Source of the DNA: a virus
Lineage: Duplodnaviria; Caudoviricetes
Strand: one strand, 5' to 3'
Length of the DNA stretch: 64,000 bases
IMG/VR virus record: IMGVR_UViG_3300037601_000088
Coordinates: 1-64,000 of that record
How positions within the stretch are numbered: position 1 is the stretch's first letter; each line of letters starts with the position of its first letter. Below the pieces are notes generated by a model. That model searched no databases. It was not told the origin of the DNA and was given only the letters and a program-made list of their open reading frames with translations. The translations under genes were made by a program, and so were the position numbers. Positions 1 to 8,930 of this stretch are shown in pieces.

Positions 1-87
1 GGTTGGGATGCTTCTTATGAAGGATCCACATATGAAGACTGGACTATTGTTTCACCAAAAACTAAAGAAATGGTTGTCTACGAGTAA
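1..87 (+). CDS. 3' end of a hypothetical protein (truncated by window edge)
   Basis: Open frame GWDASYEGSTYEDWTIVSPKTKEMVVYE ends at TAA 85-87, co-oriented with downstream genes. Confidence 0.5.
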   Translation, partial: GWDASYEGSTYEDWTIVSPKTKEMVVYE

Positions 88-111
88 AATAGATAATTTA
101 AAGGATTAACA

Positions 112-633
112 GTGAATATTTTTTGTACGGATGAATGTCCTATTCAATCAGCATATGATCTTGATGACAAACGAGTTATTAAGATGATTGTAGAAACAGG
201 ACAATTACTTTCTACTTCTGTTTCTTTCTTTATATCAAATGAATTATATGAAGAAAAAAAAGATCTTCTTTATAAATCATGTTTTATAAATCATCCGTGC
301 AATATTTGGGCCAGAGAAAGTTATTCTAATTTTCTCTGGCTTTATATTCATGGTTTAACTTTACTTCAGATTTACGAAAAAACGTATAATAAAAAACATA
401 AATCTGGAAAACTTTATGAAGCTATAAGCTCTCTTATAGAAAAAAATCAAAAAATTACAGAATATCCTATTTCTTTTTGTGATTGTACGGAGTATAAAGA
501 TAGGATTGACCTTTCTGTCCATGAAAGGTATCGAAAATTTATGATACTTAAATGGAGTGAAAGAGATAAAACGCCTCCTACATGGAAAAAGCGAAATAAG
601 CCTTTGTGGTACAAGGAGATGAATTATGATTGA
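112..633 (+). CDS. Pyrimidine-dimer DNA glycosylase / DenV-like protein
   Basis: MNIF..D.CP..SA..L.DK.V.KM..E..QLLST, NHPC..W.R.S..N..WL motifs of the Pyr_excise-like family; AAGGA SD. Confidence 0.75.
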   Translation: MNIFCTDECPIQSAYDLDDKRVIKMIVETGQLLSTSVSFFISNELYEEKKDLLYKSCFINHPCNIWARESYSNFLWLYIHGLTLLQIYEKTYNKKHKSGKLYEAISSLIEKNQKITEYPISFCDCTEYKDRIDLSVHERYRKFMILKWSERDKTPPTWKKRNKPLWYKEMNYD

Positions 634-814
634 ATGGTATCTCATTTTAATGGTTCCTTATGGAATAACTACTATGCCTGAACCTTATCAAGAAGAAGAA
701 TTATGCCAACAAGTTGGAGAAATATATTTTTCTTCTTCTTTTCGTTCTTATAAATGTATTCCATATTCAGACGATTTATTTTTATTGGAGGAATTAATTG
801 AAGAAAATAACTAA
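626..814 (+). CDS. Hypothetical protein
   Basis: 62-aa ORF with AAGGAG SD, overlapping the upstream stop. Confidence 0.6.
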   Translation: MIEWYLILMVPYGITTMPEPYQEEELCQQVGEIYFSSSFRSYKCIPYSDDLFLLEELIEENN

Positions 815-825
815 AGGAAAAATAA

Positions 826-1188
826 TTGTTAGATAAAATACAAGAAATGCATACTAAATTTCAGATAACTAATTCTGAAATTCCATTTACACAAGAAGAA
901 AAAGATTTCAGAATTCGAGCTATGCAAGAAGAGCTCGATGAATATGAAGAAGCATCAACTCTGGAGGATGAGCTTGATGCTCTTGTTGATCTTTGCGTAT
1001 TTGCCTTTGGCACAGCAGAGAGAATGAATTTACTTGGTGTTTTTGAAGAAGCTTATAATAGAGTTATGCAAGCAAATCTTCAAAAAGAGCTTGGTACTAA
1101 TGAAAAACGTGGATCATTTGAAATCGATTTGGTTAAGCCAGATGGTTGGCAATCACCTATTTTAACAGATTTAGTCGAAGGAATTTAA
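826..1188 (+). CDS. MazG-like/PRA-PH nucleoside triphosphate pyrophosphohydrolase
   Basis: EELDEY..A......DALVDL..FA.G and V..AN..K motifs, KP.GW..P tail. Confidence 0.8.
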   Translation: MLDKIQEMHTKFQITNSEIPFTQEEKDFRIRAMQEELDEYEEASTLEDELDALVDLCVFAFGTAERMNLLGVFEEAYNRVMQANLQKELGTNEKRGSFEIDLVKPDGWQSPILTDLVEGI

Positions 1189-1539
1189 ATGTCAAGCGTA
1201 GATAAAACATTAGAAGTGCGCGGTTCTAGATATGGAACATTTGAGAATAATGCCACAACAACACAATCTTTAATGGAAGTAATTGAAAAAGCTCCAAGTT
1301 TTGAGCAATTATCAAAACTTCATAAAGAAGCAATTCATATGATTTTTCATAAGATTGCAAGAATTGTTTGCGGAGATCCTAATTATATAGATAATGTTCA
1401 TGATATCGTAGGTTATGCAAAACTCTTAGAAGATTATCTGGTTAGCAATGAAAATAAAAATTCAGTTAAACCAGACCCTTCATCATACACTGATATAGTT
1501 TCTGGAAAAGGTACTTCAAAAACTTTATTAAAAGGATAA
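1189..1539 (+). CDS. DUF6378-like nucleotide-modification-associated protein
   Basis: L..RG.RYG.F, HKIARI..GD..Y.D...DI.GYA.L motif typical of small proteins in phage base-modification loci. Confidence 0.65.
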   Translation: MSSVDKTLEVRGSRYGTFENNATTTQSLMEVIEKAPSFEQLSKLHKEAIHMIFHKIARIVCGDPNYIDNVHDIVGYAKLLEDYLVSNENKNSVKPDPSSYTDIVSGKGTSKTLLKG

Positions 1540-1542
1540 ACA

Positions 1543-2253
1543 ATGTTTAGTGTTAATGATATTAGAAACAAATTTATTCAAAAATATTTAGAAAAAGATT
1601 TTGCCGAGAACGACACATTAGAACTACTTAATGTGTCGTTTTTAGCAGATGAAGATTCTATTTTCGGTTCTGTTAATAAAGATTATATAGATAGAGAATT
1701 AGCATGGTATATTTCTATGTCTAGAAATGTTAATGATATACCTGGAAATGTTCCTAAGATATGGCAAGATGTTTCAGACAGAAATGGTAAAATCAATTCA
1801 AATTATGGTTGGTGTATTTGGTCTGAAGAAAATGGAAGTCAGTATGATTTTTGTTTATCCTCTTTACTTAATGATAAATCAACACGTCAAGCTTGCATGA
1901 TTTATAACCGGCCTGAAATGCAAATCGATGCTTTTGATAATGGCATGAGAGATTTTATGTGTACCTATGCTGTACAGTGTTTTATAAGAAATGATAGGTT
2001 ATATTATCATGTATTAATGAGATCTAACGATTGTTGGGCAGGATATCGAAACGATTTAGCATGGCATAAACATGTTTATAATAATCTATTCGTTGATCTA
2101 AAAGAAAAATATGCAGAATTAAAAAGACAAGATATTTATTGGAATGCTATGTCGCTACATGTTTATCCTAGACAATATTGGATGGTAGATTGCTGGGCTA
2201 GATTTGGTAAATATATTCCTAAAAAAGAATACGATAAATTAATAGACAAATGA
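1543..2253 (+). CDS. gp42: dCMP hydroxymethylase (thymidylate synthase superfamily, T4 gp42-like)
   Basis: INSNYGW, STRQA.MIY.RP, DFMCT, MRSND...GYRND, SLHVY; Asp (RND) at the position where dUMP-specific TS has Asn, as in T4 gp42. Confidence 0.8.
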   Translation: MFSVNDIRNKFIQKYLEKDFAENDTLELLNVSFLADEDSIFGSVNKDYIDRELAWYISMSRNVNDIPGNVPKIWQDVSDRNGKINSNYGWCIWSEENGSQYDFCLSSLLNDKSTRQACMIYNRPEMQIDAFDNGMRDFMCTYAVQCFIRNDRLYYHVLMRSNDCWAGYRNDLAWHKHVYNNLFVDLKEKYAELKRQDIYWNAMSLHVYPRQYWMVDCWARFGKYIPKKEYDKLIDK

Positions 2254-2269
2254 CATAATTTTTGGTTTC

Positions 2270-2277
2270 TATAAATA
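2270..2277 (+). promoter_or_regulatory. T4-type late promoter TATAAATA upstream of GIY-YIG gene
   Basis: Exact TATAAATA 22 nt before ATG 2299, followed by AAGGAG SD. Confidence 0.6.
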
Positions 2278-2298
2278 TCCCATGAAGGAGTAATTTGA

Positions 2299-2934
2299 AT
2301 GGGATATGTTTATTTGATAAAAAATAAAATAAATGGAAACTGGTATATCGGATCCCATGATGGTTCTAAAGATAATTATATGGGATCCGGTATAGTATTA
2401 AATAAAGCATATGAAAAACACGGAATTGAAAATTTTACTAAAGAGATACTTTATGAAGGTGAATTTTATAGAGAAGAGGAAGAACTTTTATTAAAAACGT
2501 ATGATGCTGCAAATGACTCTAAATCTTATAACTTAAAAAATGAATCTATGGGAGGTTCCTTTCCTGGCGAATTAAATGGAATGTATAAAAAAATACATTC
2601 TAAAGAAGCACGATATAAATGTGGTAATGCATTTAGGGGTAAAAAAAGACAGGATCATTCTGAAAAAATGAAAGGTGAAAACAATCCGATGTATGGTAAA
2701 AGTTATCATACATACGGTATTGTTAAAAAAGCTAAAGAAAATAAAGGAAAAACTTTTGAAGAAATCCATGGAGAAGAAAAAGGAAAAAACTTAAAGAAAA
2801 AACTTTCTTTATCACAAAAAGGCAAAAAACACAATCTTAAAGGGGTACAATGCCCACATTGTAGTTTAGAAGGTTCTGGGCCTAATATGACTAGATACCA
2901 TTTTGATAAATGCAAAAAAAAGGATAAAAAATAG
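2299..2934 (+). mobile_element. Free-standing GIY-YIG homing endonuclease with NUMOD3-like repeats
   Basis: GYVYLIKNKINGNWYIG, YMGSG, YNL, GE.NPMYGK repeats, C-terminal CPHC...RYHFDKCK. Confidence 0.85.
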
Positions 2935-2937
2935 ATT

Positions 2938-3309
2938 ATGACTTACACGATTGAACAACAGCGTGAGAATCGCAAAAAATGGGTAGAAGCTCTTCGATCC
3001 GGTAAATATAAACAAGGTTTTTATGATTTGAGAGATGTTTATGACAATTTTTGTTGTCTGGGCATTCTTTGTGAAATTGCTGGTGAGGAAAAATATTTAG
3101 ATGAAGATAATAATTTTTGGATTTACGGCCCAAAGGAAGAAAATAATACGGCGGGTGCAACAGATTTTGCAAAAGATTTTGTTGGTTTGATTGATGGTTT
3201 AGGACATTTTGAAAGTGGTGTTTTGTCTTCAATGAATGATAATGGAGTTCCCTTTGATCAAATTGCTGATGTAATTGAATCAGAACCCGAGGGCCTTTTT
3301 CATGATTAA
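2938..3309 (+). CDS. Conserved phage hypothetical protein
   Basis: KWVEALRSGKYKQG, FCCLGILCE, ND.G.PF.QIAD.IE motifs recur in phage proteins of unknown function. Confidence 0.7.
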   Translation: MTYTIEQQRENRKKWVEALRSGKYKQGFYDLRDVYDNFCCLGILCEIAGEEKYLDEDNNFWIYGPKEENNTAGATDFAKDFVGLIDGLGHFESGVLSSMNDNGVPFDQIADVIESEPEGLFHD

Positions 3310-4291
3310 GCGAGTCGTATTAAATCCATTCACCCCAATTCCTAAATCAGAAAAATCTCATGTTCGCGGTTGGTCTATGATATGGGCTCAGCGCCTAAAT
3401 GCTGATATTGCAACTAAAGACACTGATTTGTCTGGCTATGATGAAATTTATATTGATCATGGTGTTAATTTTAATGGGGCATTAAATTTATTTGGTGGAT
3501 TTAATGACGAAGTTATTGATAGATGCAATATTTTGATTGAAAGGATTCTGAACGGAGCTAAACTTTATTCTTTAGACTGGAAAATGTCTGATATTGATTA
3601 TCCGACACAAATTTCAAAAAGAATCGGAAAAAAGAGCTCGTCAGATAGGCTTACAAGCGGTTTCTTAGATGTTATGACTGATACCTTAGGGAAGGCTAAA
3701 TTTCATTCTATGGCTAACCTGAACCTATCCAGTGCAATTTTAGGTGATTCACACTCTCCTGCATATAGTTTACCTAATATGGAAGTTTATAGAACTAATG
3801 GTAAGCTGCTTTATAGTTTTTTGAATGGTAAAACAAATTTATTATCTGGTAATATTGAATTTAAGAAAGACAAGCCTAAATGGGAAGAAATTTATATTTG
3901 TCTTGGTTCAATTGATATTCGCTTCCATGTTTATAGACATAAAACGGATCCCTTAGATTTAGCAGACAAATATCTTCAAAAAATAGATATGATTAAAAAG
4001 TTATTGGGGGTAGCAGATATTATTCCATGTGCTCCTGTTCCAATTGAATGGGAAGGTAGAAAAATTCCTGGAACTGGAATGTATAAAGGTAAACCGTTTT
4101 ATGGATCATTAGAGTTTCGCCAGGGTTTCACAAATGATTTTATTTCTTATTTAGAACGCTACATTGATGTGTTGTCTCCCCCCGAAGAATGGTATAATAT
4201 GGGCAATGAAAAATATGCAAAAGAAATTATGGAAATGGGATCTTCTGTTCATATAGCACCAAAAAATTATAATTCAATTATTGGATGGTAA
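3302..4291 (+). CDS. Putative DNA-modification enzyme: beta-glucosyltransferase-like N-domain plus SGNH-like C-domain
   Basis: Likely start ATG 3302 (overlaps upstream stop). N-domain DLSGYDEIYI...LNLFGG...KLYSLD recalls T4 BGT; C-domain GDSH...G.IDIR.H...SSVH is SGNH-like. Confidence 0.5.
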   Translation: MIKRVVLNPFTPIPKSEKSHVRGWSMIWAQRLNADIATKDTDLSGYDEIYIDHGVNFNGALNLFGGFNDEVIDRCNILIERILNGAKLYSLDWKMSDIDYPTQISKRIGKKSSSDRLTSGFLDVMTDTLGKAKFHSMANLNLSSAILGDSHSPAYSLPNMEVYRTNGKLLYSFLNGKTNLLSGNIEFKKDKPKWEEIYICLGSIDIRFHVYRHKTDPLDLADKYLQKIDMIKKLLGVADIIPCAPVPIEWEGRKIPGTGMYKGKPFYGSLEFRQGFTNDFISYLERYIDVLSPPEEWYNMGNEKYAKEIMEMGSSVHIAPKNYNSIIGW

Positions 4292-4292
4292 A

Positions 4293-4448
4293 ATGTATAC
4301 TCAAACAATAGAAAACATAGCCATTAAAATGGCCGAAAATAAAAACGGTGGTAAATGGCCAACACATTATACTGAACAACAAAAAGATTTTTGGCGAAAT
4401 AAAGCAAAAGAAATCTTCGAGATAGTAAAGGAAGCTTTAGTAGCTTAA
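4293..4448 (+). CDS. Small hypothetical protein (51 aa, not in ORF track)
   Basis: MYTQTIENIAIKMAENKNGGKWPTHYTEQQKDFWRNKAKEIFEIVKEALVA fills the gap between flanking genes. Confidence 0.6.
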   Translation: MYTQTIENIAIKMAENKNGGKWPTHYTEQQKDFWRNKAKEIFEIVKEALVA

Positions 4449-4454
4449 AATAAT

Positions 4455-5408
4455 ATGTTTGAAATCACAGAATCAACAAAAAATAAAGATGTTCCTGATA
4501 AAATTTCTTTTACTGAAAGAACAAATTATCTCCGGGCTTATTATCGAAATTTTAAATCGAAGTTGCCAGATCCTTTAGTATATCCTTCAAAGGAAAGAAG
4601 CGATATTTTTATTCTTGATTTTGCTCAAGGTCCTGCTGGTTTAAAAGCTTATGCCGCCGAAAAATTTATTGCAGAACAATATAAAACTATGGGATATGCT
4701 GCAGTTCGTGTTGGCCATGCGCCTGAAGCAATTGCTTTTCTTTGTGAAATGTATAATAAAAATGTTGTTTTCTTTGGAGCTGCCTCGAAACAAATCACAC
4801 CTCACCAGGCTGTCGTTTTAGCTTATAAAAATACAAATCTTCGATTTGCTAAAATTCCAGCAATGCCTACGATGAATACATGGATAAAAAATTGGGCTCA
4901 GAAATATGATGCTGTTCCTCTACCTATGGGTTTGGCTAATACTTGGCAAGTAACAGCTGGGATTGTTAATATTGCTGAAACATATACACAAAAATATGGT
5001 GAGCCCACTCAATTTTATTGTGCTGTGTCTACCGGAACAATGATCAGAGGTCTTCAATTAGGTTGGCCTAATGCTGAAGCACGCGGTGTTGCAGTTGCCC
5101 GCAATATTAAAGATGGTGAAAAAGGATCAGCTGAAGTTATTTCCTATCACAAAAAATTCTATGCTGAATCTGATTATATGCCAAATTTCAATACAACATC
5201 AACATATGATGCTAAGGCCTATAAACATTTTATTGATACAGCAAAACCTGGAGCTGTTTTTATTAATGTCGGTTCAGATGCTCAAATTGAAAAAAGGTTA
5301 AATAAAATTCCCGGTTGGGAAAATATTAATGCTAAAAGAGAATGGGGTGATAAATCTGCATTTGACATTGGATATGTCCCTAATAACGAAGAGGTACTTT
5401 TCTTTTAA
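4455..5408 (+). CDS. PLP-dependent enzyme (fold type II, ACC deaminase / Trp synthase beta-like)
   Basis: AGLKAY candidate PLP-Lys, AVSTGTMIRGL glycine-rich phosphate loop, TYDAKAY, FINVG. Confidence 0.7.
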   Translation: MFEITESTKNKDVPDKISFTERTNYLRAYYRNFKSKLPDPLVYPSKERSDIFILDFAQGPAGLKAYAAEKFIAEQYKTMGYAAVRVGHAPEAIAFLCEMYNKNVVFFGAASKQITPHQAVVLAYKNTNLRFAKIPAMPTMNTWIKNWAQKYDAVPLPMGLANTWQVTAGIVNIAETYTQKYGEPTQFYCAVSTGTMIRGLQLGWPNAEARGVAVARNIKDGEKGSAEVISYHKKFYAESDYMPNFNTTSTYDAKAYKHFIDTAKPGAVFINVGSDAQIEKRLNKIPGWENINAKREWGDKSAFDIGYVPNNEEVLFF

Positions 5409-5965
5409 TGCATGAAGGAATAAAATTCAATACTAGTACAAGACAAAAAAATGATTATTATGCTACTCACCCGAGTGCTTTTGATATTTTAATTAAGAAT
5501 CATCTTTTGAGCGATAATATATGGGAACCGGCATGTGGTGGTAAATTTCTTTCAAACAGAATGAAAGAGTATGGTTATAATGTTAGAGAAAGTGATATTA
5601 TAGATTATGGAGGGAACGAAGTATTAGATTTTCTTTCCTCTAACGAAACATTTAAAGGAGACATAGTAACAAATCCTCCTTATAAACATGCTTTAGAATT
5701 TGTTCAAAAATCATTGGATACTGTCGAGGAAGGTTATGATGTATGTATGTTTTTGAAAATTCATTTTCTCGAAAGTAAAAAAAGATACAAATTTCTTAAA
5801 GAAACTCCTCCGGCTAAAATATTAACATGTTCAAATAGAGTTATTTGTGCTAAGAATGGTGAATTTGATAAAGTATCTGGTTCTATGACTTTTTATGCAT
5901 GGTTCATATGGACAAAGGGTTTTAAATATAAAACAACATTGGAAGTGGTGAATGGTGATGATTAA
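5408..5965 (+). CDS. DNA N6-adenine methyltransferase
   Basis: DYYATH, WEPACGG motif I, DIVTNPPY motif IV, YAWFIW. Confidence 0.85.
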   Translation: MHEGIKFNTSTRQKNDYYATHPSAFDILIKNHLLSDNIWEPACGGKFLSNRMKEYGYNVRESDIIDYGGNEVLDFLSSNETFKGDIVTNPPYKHALEFVQKSLDTVEEGYDVCMFLKIHFLESKKRYKFLKETPPAKILTCSNRVICAKNGEFDKVSGSMTFYAWFIWTKGFKYKTTLEVVNGDD

Positions 5966-7094
5966 TTATACGAAATATTATGAAGAATTTCTTCGCTATC
6001 ATGAAATGGCAAAATGGCAACAGGCTAATTGCAATTTAGGAACTGTTCCATATACAGATACACCATACAATGATGATTTAATCAAAAACGTTTATCTATA
6101 TGATGTTGTTAAACGAAAGTATGCTGGTTTCACTCAAATTCTTCATGATTTATGGTTTACTGAACAAAATCATACTTACAAAGAAAAGCTTACTCCTTTC
6201 AGAAAAGAATTAACAAATTCAATCGATTCGTCTGATTGGGATTTCAAGGATTGGCTGTTTGTTTTCTTTGTCCACCGTTTGACTGGTTCTGCAATTAATT
6301 ATGCGCAAACACCATCAGGTTATTATAATTCAATTCTTCTTCATTTTCAGGGATGTAAAAATCGCTATGATATGATTGAAGTTATAAAATCATATGATGG
6401 TCCTATGTATACTTCAATAGGCTATCAAATCGCAGGCTTTCCAAAAGCGCCTGAAGGCTGGAAAAGAGCCGGTGATTATTTTATTACAACTCATTTACCA
6501 TTATTAATTCATGATTTTGCTGAGTTTGTTGAAACTCAACCCAAAGAATTTCGACCCCTTATGGAATGGTTGGAAAATTATCATAAAGAAAGAGGCTGGA
6601 GAGTATTTCGTTTTCAATATGCGGCAGTTCTTGCAGATATTGCTGACTTTTTCCCGGAAAAAATGATTATTGATTCTCATTTCTTCTATGGATCAAATGC
6701 AATTGAATGCTTATCATATATGGCAGAAAAGCCATCCGGTGTTTCAAAATTAAAACACCTCGATAATATTATGGAGCAAATATGGCTTGATACAAATTCA
6801 AGACCTTATAATGCTGAGGATATTGCGTGTGATTGCATTCGCTGGATCGAAAATTATATAAATCCTAAACAAGACTATTCACATTTAGATTTAGATGAAG
6901 TATGGTCAAGTCATAAAATTAAAGATCATCCATATGGTAGACAAAAGCCTATGTTAGAATTAGGGTTGATTAATACTTTTAATGGGATGAAAGGTCATCC
7001 CTCTGACGATAAAATTTTAAAGGAAGCAAATGTATCGGTTCAAGAATATAGAGAAAAAGTTAGAGAATTGGAAAATAGTGTTTCTTGGCTTTAA
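5952..7094 (+). CDS. Amino acid:DNA transferase-like protein (aGPT-PPlase-like, HhH-glycosylase fold), divergent
   Basis: DDLIKNVYLYDVVKRKY, GSNAIECL and AEDIACDCIRW resemble the D.IL..Y.F.NV.R, GPGA..GL and E..LCE..KY blocks of aGPT-PPlases; context in modification cluster; start may be 5958. Confidence 0.5.
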   Translation: MVMINYTKYYEEFLRYHEMAKWQQANCNLGTVPYTDTPYNDDLIKNVYLYDVVKRKYAGFTQILHDLWFTEQNHTYKEKLTPFRKELTNSIDSSDWDFKDWLFVFFVHRLTGSAINYAQTPSGYYNSILLHFQGCKNRYDMIEVIKSYDGPMYTSIGYQIAGFPKAPEGWKRAGDYFITTHLPLLIHDFAEFVETQPKEFRPLMEWLENYHKERGWRVFRFQYAAVLADIADFFPEKMIIDSHFFYGSNAIECLSYMAEKPSGVSKLKHLDNIMEQIWLDTNSRPYNAEDIACDCIRWIENYINPKQDYSHLDLDEVWSSHKIKDHPYGRQKPMLELGLINTFNGMKGHPSDDKILKEANVSVQEYREKVRELENSVSWL

Positions 7095-7209
7095 GGGTGA
7101 ATTATTTTATTGGGGTGATTTAAGGATTAATAATGGGGATCCTTATTTTGAATATAGATTTGGTCCAGTAAGTTTTAGAAGATTTTTAAGAAAGAAAATG
7201 TTTCGATGA
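7030..7209 (+). CDS. Possible small hypothetical protein (59 aa)
   Basis: ATG 7030 with AAGGA SD, open to TGA overlapping ATG 7206; overlaps 3' end of upstream gene. Confidence 0.3.
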   Translation: MYRFKNIEKKLENWKIVFLGFKGELFYWGDLRINNGDPYFEYRFGPVSFRRFLRKKMFR

Positions 7210-7682
7210 GACTTGAGAAAGACGATTATTTCTTACATATTGCAAAACTTGTTTCAATGAGAGCAACATGTGTTCGTAGGCAAGTAGGTTGCGTCATTGT
7301 TGATGAACATAATCATATATTAGCCACAGGTTATAACGGTGTACCAATGAACTATAGGCATTGCACAGACGTTAAATGTGCTGGTGCTGATATGCCATCA
7401 GGAACCGGTTTAAATGCTTGTATGGCCACCCATGCGGAACAGAATGCTCTTTTACAATGTAAAAACATATTTGAAATCAATACAATTTATTGTACAACTT
7501 CTCCATGCCCAACATGTGCTAAATTAATAGCAAATACTTCATGCAAGAGAGTGGTTTATTCTGAAATGTATAGTGATACATCAAACCTAAAATTGTTTGA
7601 TGAACTAGGCATTAAACATGAATATATTAAAACCAGTCTTAAAGTAACTTTGCTGCCAAATTTTGATTATGGGCGTTACTAA
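7206..7682 (+). CDS. cd: dCMP deaminase
   Basis: RATCVRRQVG, TGYNG, HAEQNA, PCPTCAK zinc motifs. Confidence 0.92.
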   Translation: MRLEKDDYFLHIAKLVSMRATCVRRQVGCVIVDEHNHILATGYNGVPMNYRHCTDVKCAGADMPSGTGLNACMATHAEQNALLQCKNIFEINTIYCTTSPCPTCAKLIANTSCKRVVYSEMYSDTSNLKLFDELGIKHEYIKTSLKVTLLPNFDYGRY

Positions 7683-7694
7683 AAAAGGATTAAT

Positions 7695-8144
7695 ATGAAA
7701 TTCGCATTATTTGATTTAGATGGTACTTTAAATGAAGGACCATCTCCTAAAGCTCTTTCTTTCGTTGAAAGGCACCCAAAAAACTGGAAAGCTTTTTTTG
7801 AAGAATTAGAAACAGCTAAAGTAAAAAAACACATCGAAAGAAAATATCATTCTTATGAACATAAAAAGATGATTATGACAGCTCGAGGAACTGCTTTTAA
7901 GGCAACTACGTTATATTGGCTTTATAAACATGGATTTAAAGATTTTTTTGAACTTAGAATGAGGCCCATTGACGATAAAAGGCCGTCTCCCATTTGTAAA
8001 AGAGATATGATGAAACAGGTTATTAGAGATCATGGTATGCCCGAAATTGTTTATGAGGATAGAGAAGATGTAGTAGAAGTTTTTAAAGAGTTAAAAATTC
8101 CTAAGATTATTTTAGTCCCAACAAAAAATAAGGATACAACATAA
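7695..8144 (+). CDS. HAD-family phosphatase (polynucleotide kinase 3'-phosphatase-like)
   Basis: FDLDGTL, TAR, L.MRP..D.RP....K, YEDR. Confidence 0.8.
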   Translation: MKFALFDLDGTLNEGPSPKALSFVERHPKNWKAFFEELETAKVKKHIERKYHSYEHKKMIMTARGTAFKATTLYWLYKHGFKDFFELRMRPIDDKRPSPICKRDMMKQVIRDHGMPEIVYEDREDVVEVFKELKIPKIILVPTKNKDTT

Positions 8145-8455
8145 TGTTTAGCAAAGATGAACAAATCATTAAATTAAATGAAATTGCGCTTAATTTAATT
8201 GAATATAAAATTTTATTAGAAAAAACAAATTCTGATCAAAATGAAGCACTCATTAAATGTGTTAGTGAAAAAATCAGATGGATGGATGGATATATCGATG
8301 CTATAAGCGTTGAAGATGATAATTTCTCGTTGTCTGATGCTAGAGATAAAGCAGCTGAAATGGCAGGCGTTGGTAAAGACAATATCATTAAGAATGCTAA
8401 TATCTTTAAAAATAAATTTAAAAAAGTTGTGAATGTATTAAAAGAGAAAGATTAA
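8144..8455 (+). CDS. Hypothetical protein
   Basis: 103-aa ORF, TAATG coupling. Confidence 0.65.
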   Translation: MFSKDEQIIKLNEIALNLIEYKILLEKTNSDQNEALIKCVSEKIRWMDGYIDAISVEDDNFSLSDARDKAAEMAGVGKDNIIKNANIFKNKFKKVVNVLKEKD

Positions 8456-8456
8456 T

Positions 8457-8648
8457 ATGGATAAAGAAGATAATAGAAAAGTAGATAGTCGAGGAATTCC
8501 TATTATCCCTAAACTTCCAGTAGATAGACCAACATTACCTAATCAGCCTGTGGCTGTATGTGGGGAGTGTGGCAGAGATATTTATCAAGTTGAGGGATAT
8601 TATTGTACAAATTTAAGATGTCCGGTTCAACTCAAAATAACATGTTAA
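8457..8648 (+). CDS. Small zinc-ribbon-like protein
   Basis: CGECG...YC...RCP. Confidence 0.6.
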   Translation: MDKEDNRKVDSRGIPIIPKLPVDRPTLPNQPVAVCGECGRDIYQVEGYYCTNLRCPVQLKITC

Positions 8649-8660
8649 TGGAGAAATAAA

Positions 8661-8885
8661 ATGAAGAGTGAATTTACATTTGAAATAAAAAAAGAAAAAA
8701 ATAAATTTCCAAAATTAATGATATATGATGATGGAAGTTTTGTTGTTCTTTTTTTCAATGAAACTGGCTCAGGAGCATTAATTTCATTCAATGAAAATTC
8801 TTCCTATAATCATTTAGAATATAGTAATGATTGGGATATAACAGAATTTAAGGAATTTAATGGAAAAGTTGTTCTAACTAATTAA
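8661..8885 (+). CDS. Hypothetical protein
   Basis: 74-aa ORF with GGAG SD. Confidence 0.6.
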   Translation: MKSEFTFEIKKEKNKFPKLMIYDDGSFVVLFFNETGSGALISFNENSSYNHLEYSNDWDITEFKEFNGKVVLTN

Positions 8886-8895
8886 ATAATTAGTA

Positions 8896-8926
8896 TGTAC
8901 ATATGAAAGAGCTTAGTTTATAAATA
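8896..8926 (+). promoter_or_regulatory. Promoter for tmRNA (TGTACA-17-TATAAA overlapping late TATAAATA)
   Basis: TGTACA 8896-8901, TATAAATA 8919-8926. Confidence 0.55.
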
Positions 8927-8930
8927 TAAG

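Noticed and set aside
1543-2934. Group I intron in the thymidylate-synthase-like gene carrying the GIY-YIG ORF (as in T4 td)
   Set aside because: The gene is complete through SLHVY and its stop; the 45-nt spacer has no room for intron core structure and no second exon follows
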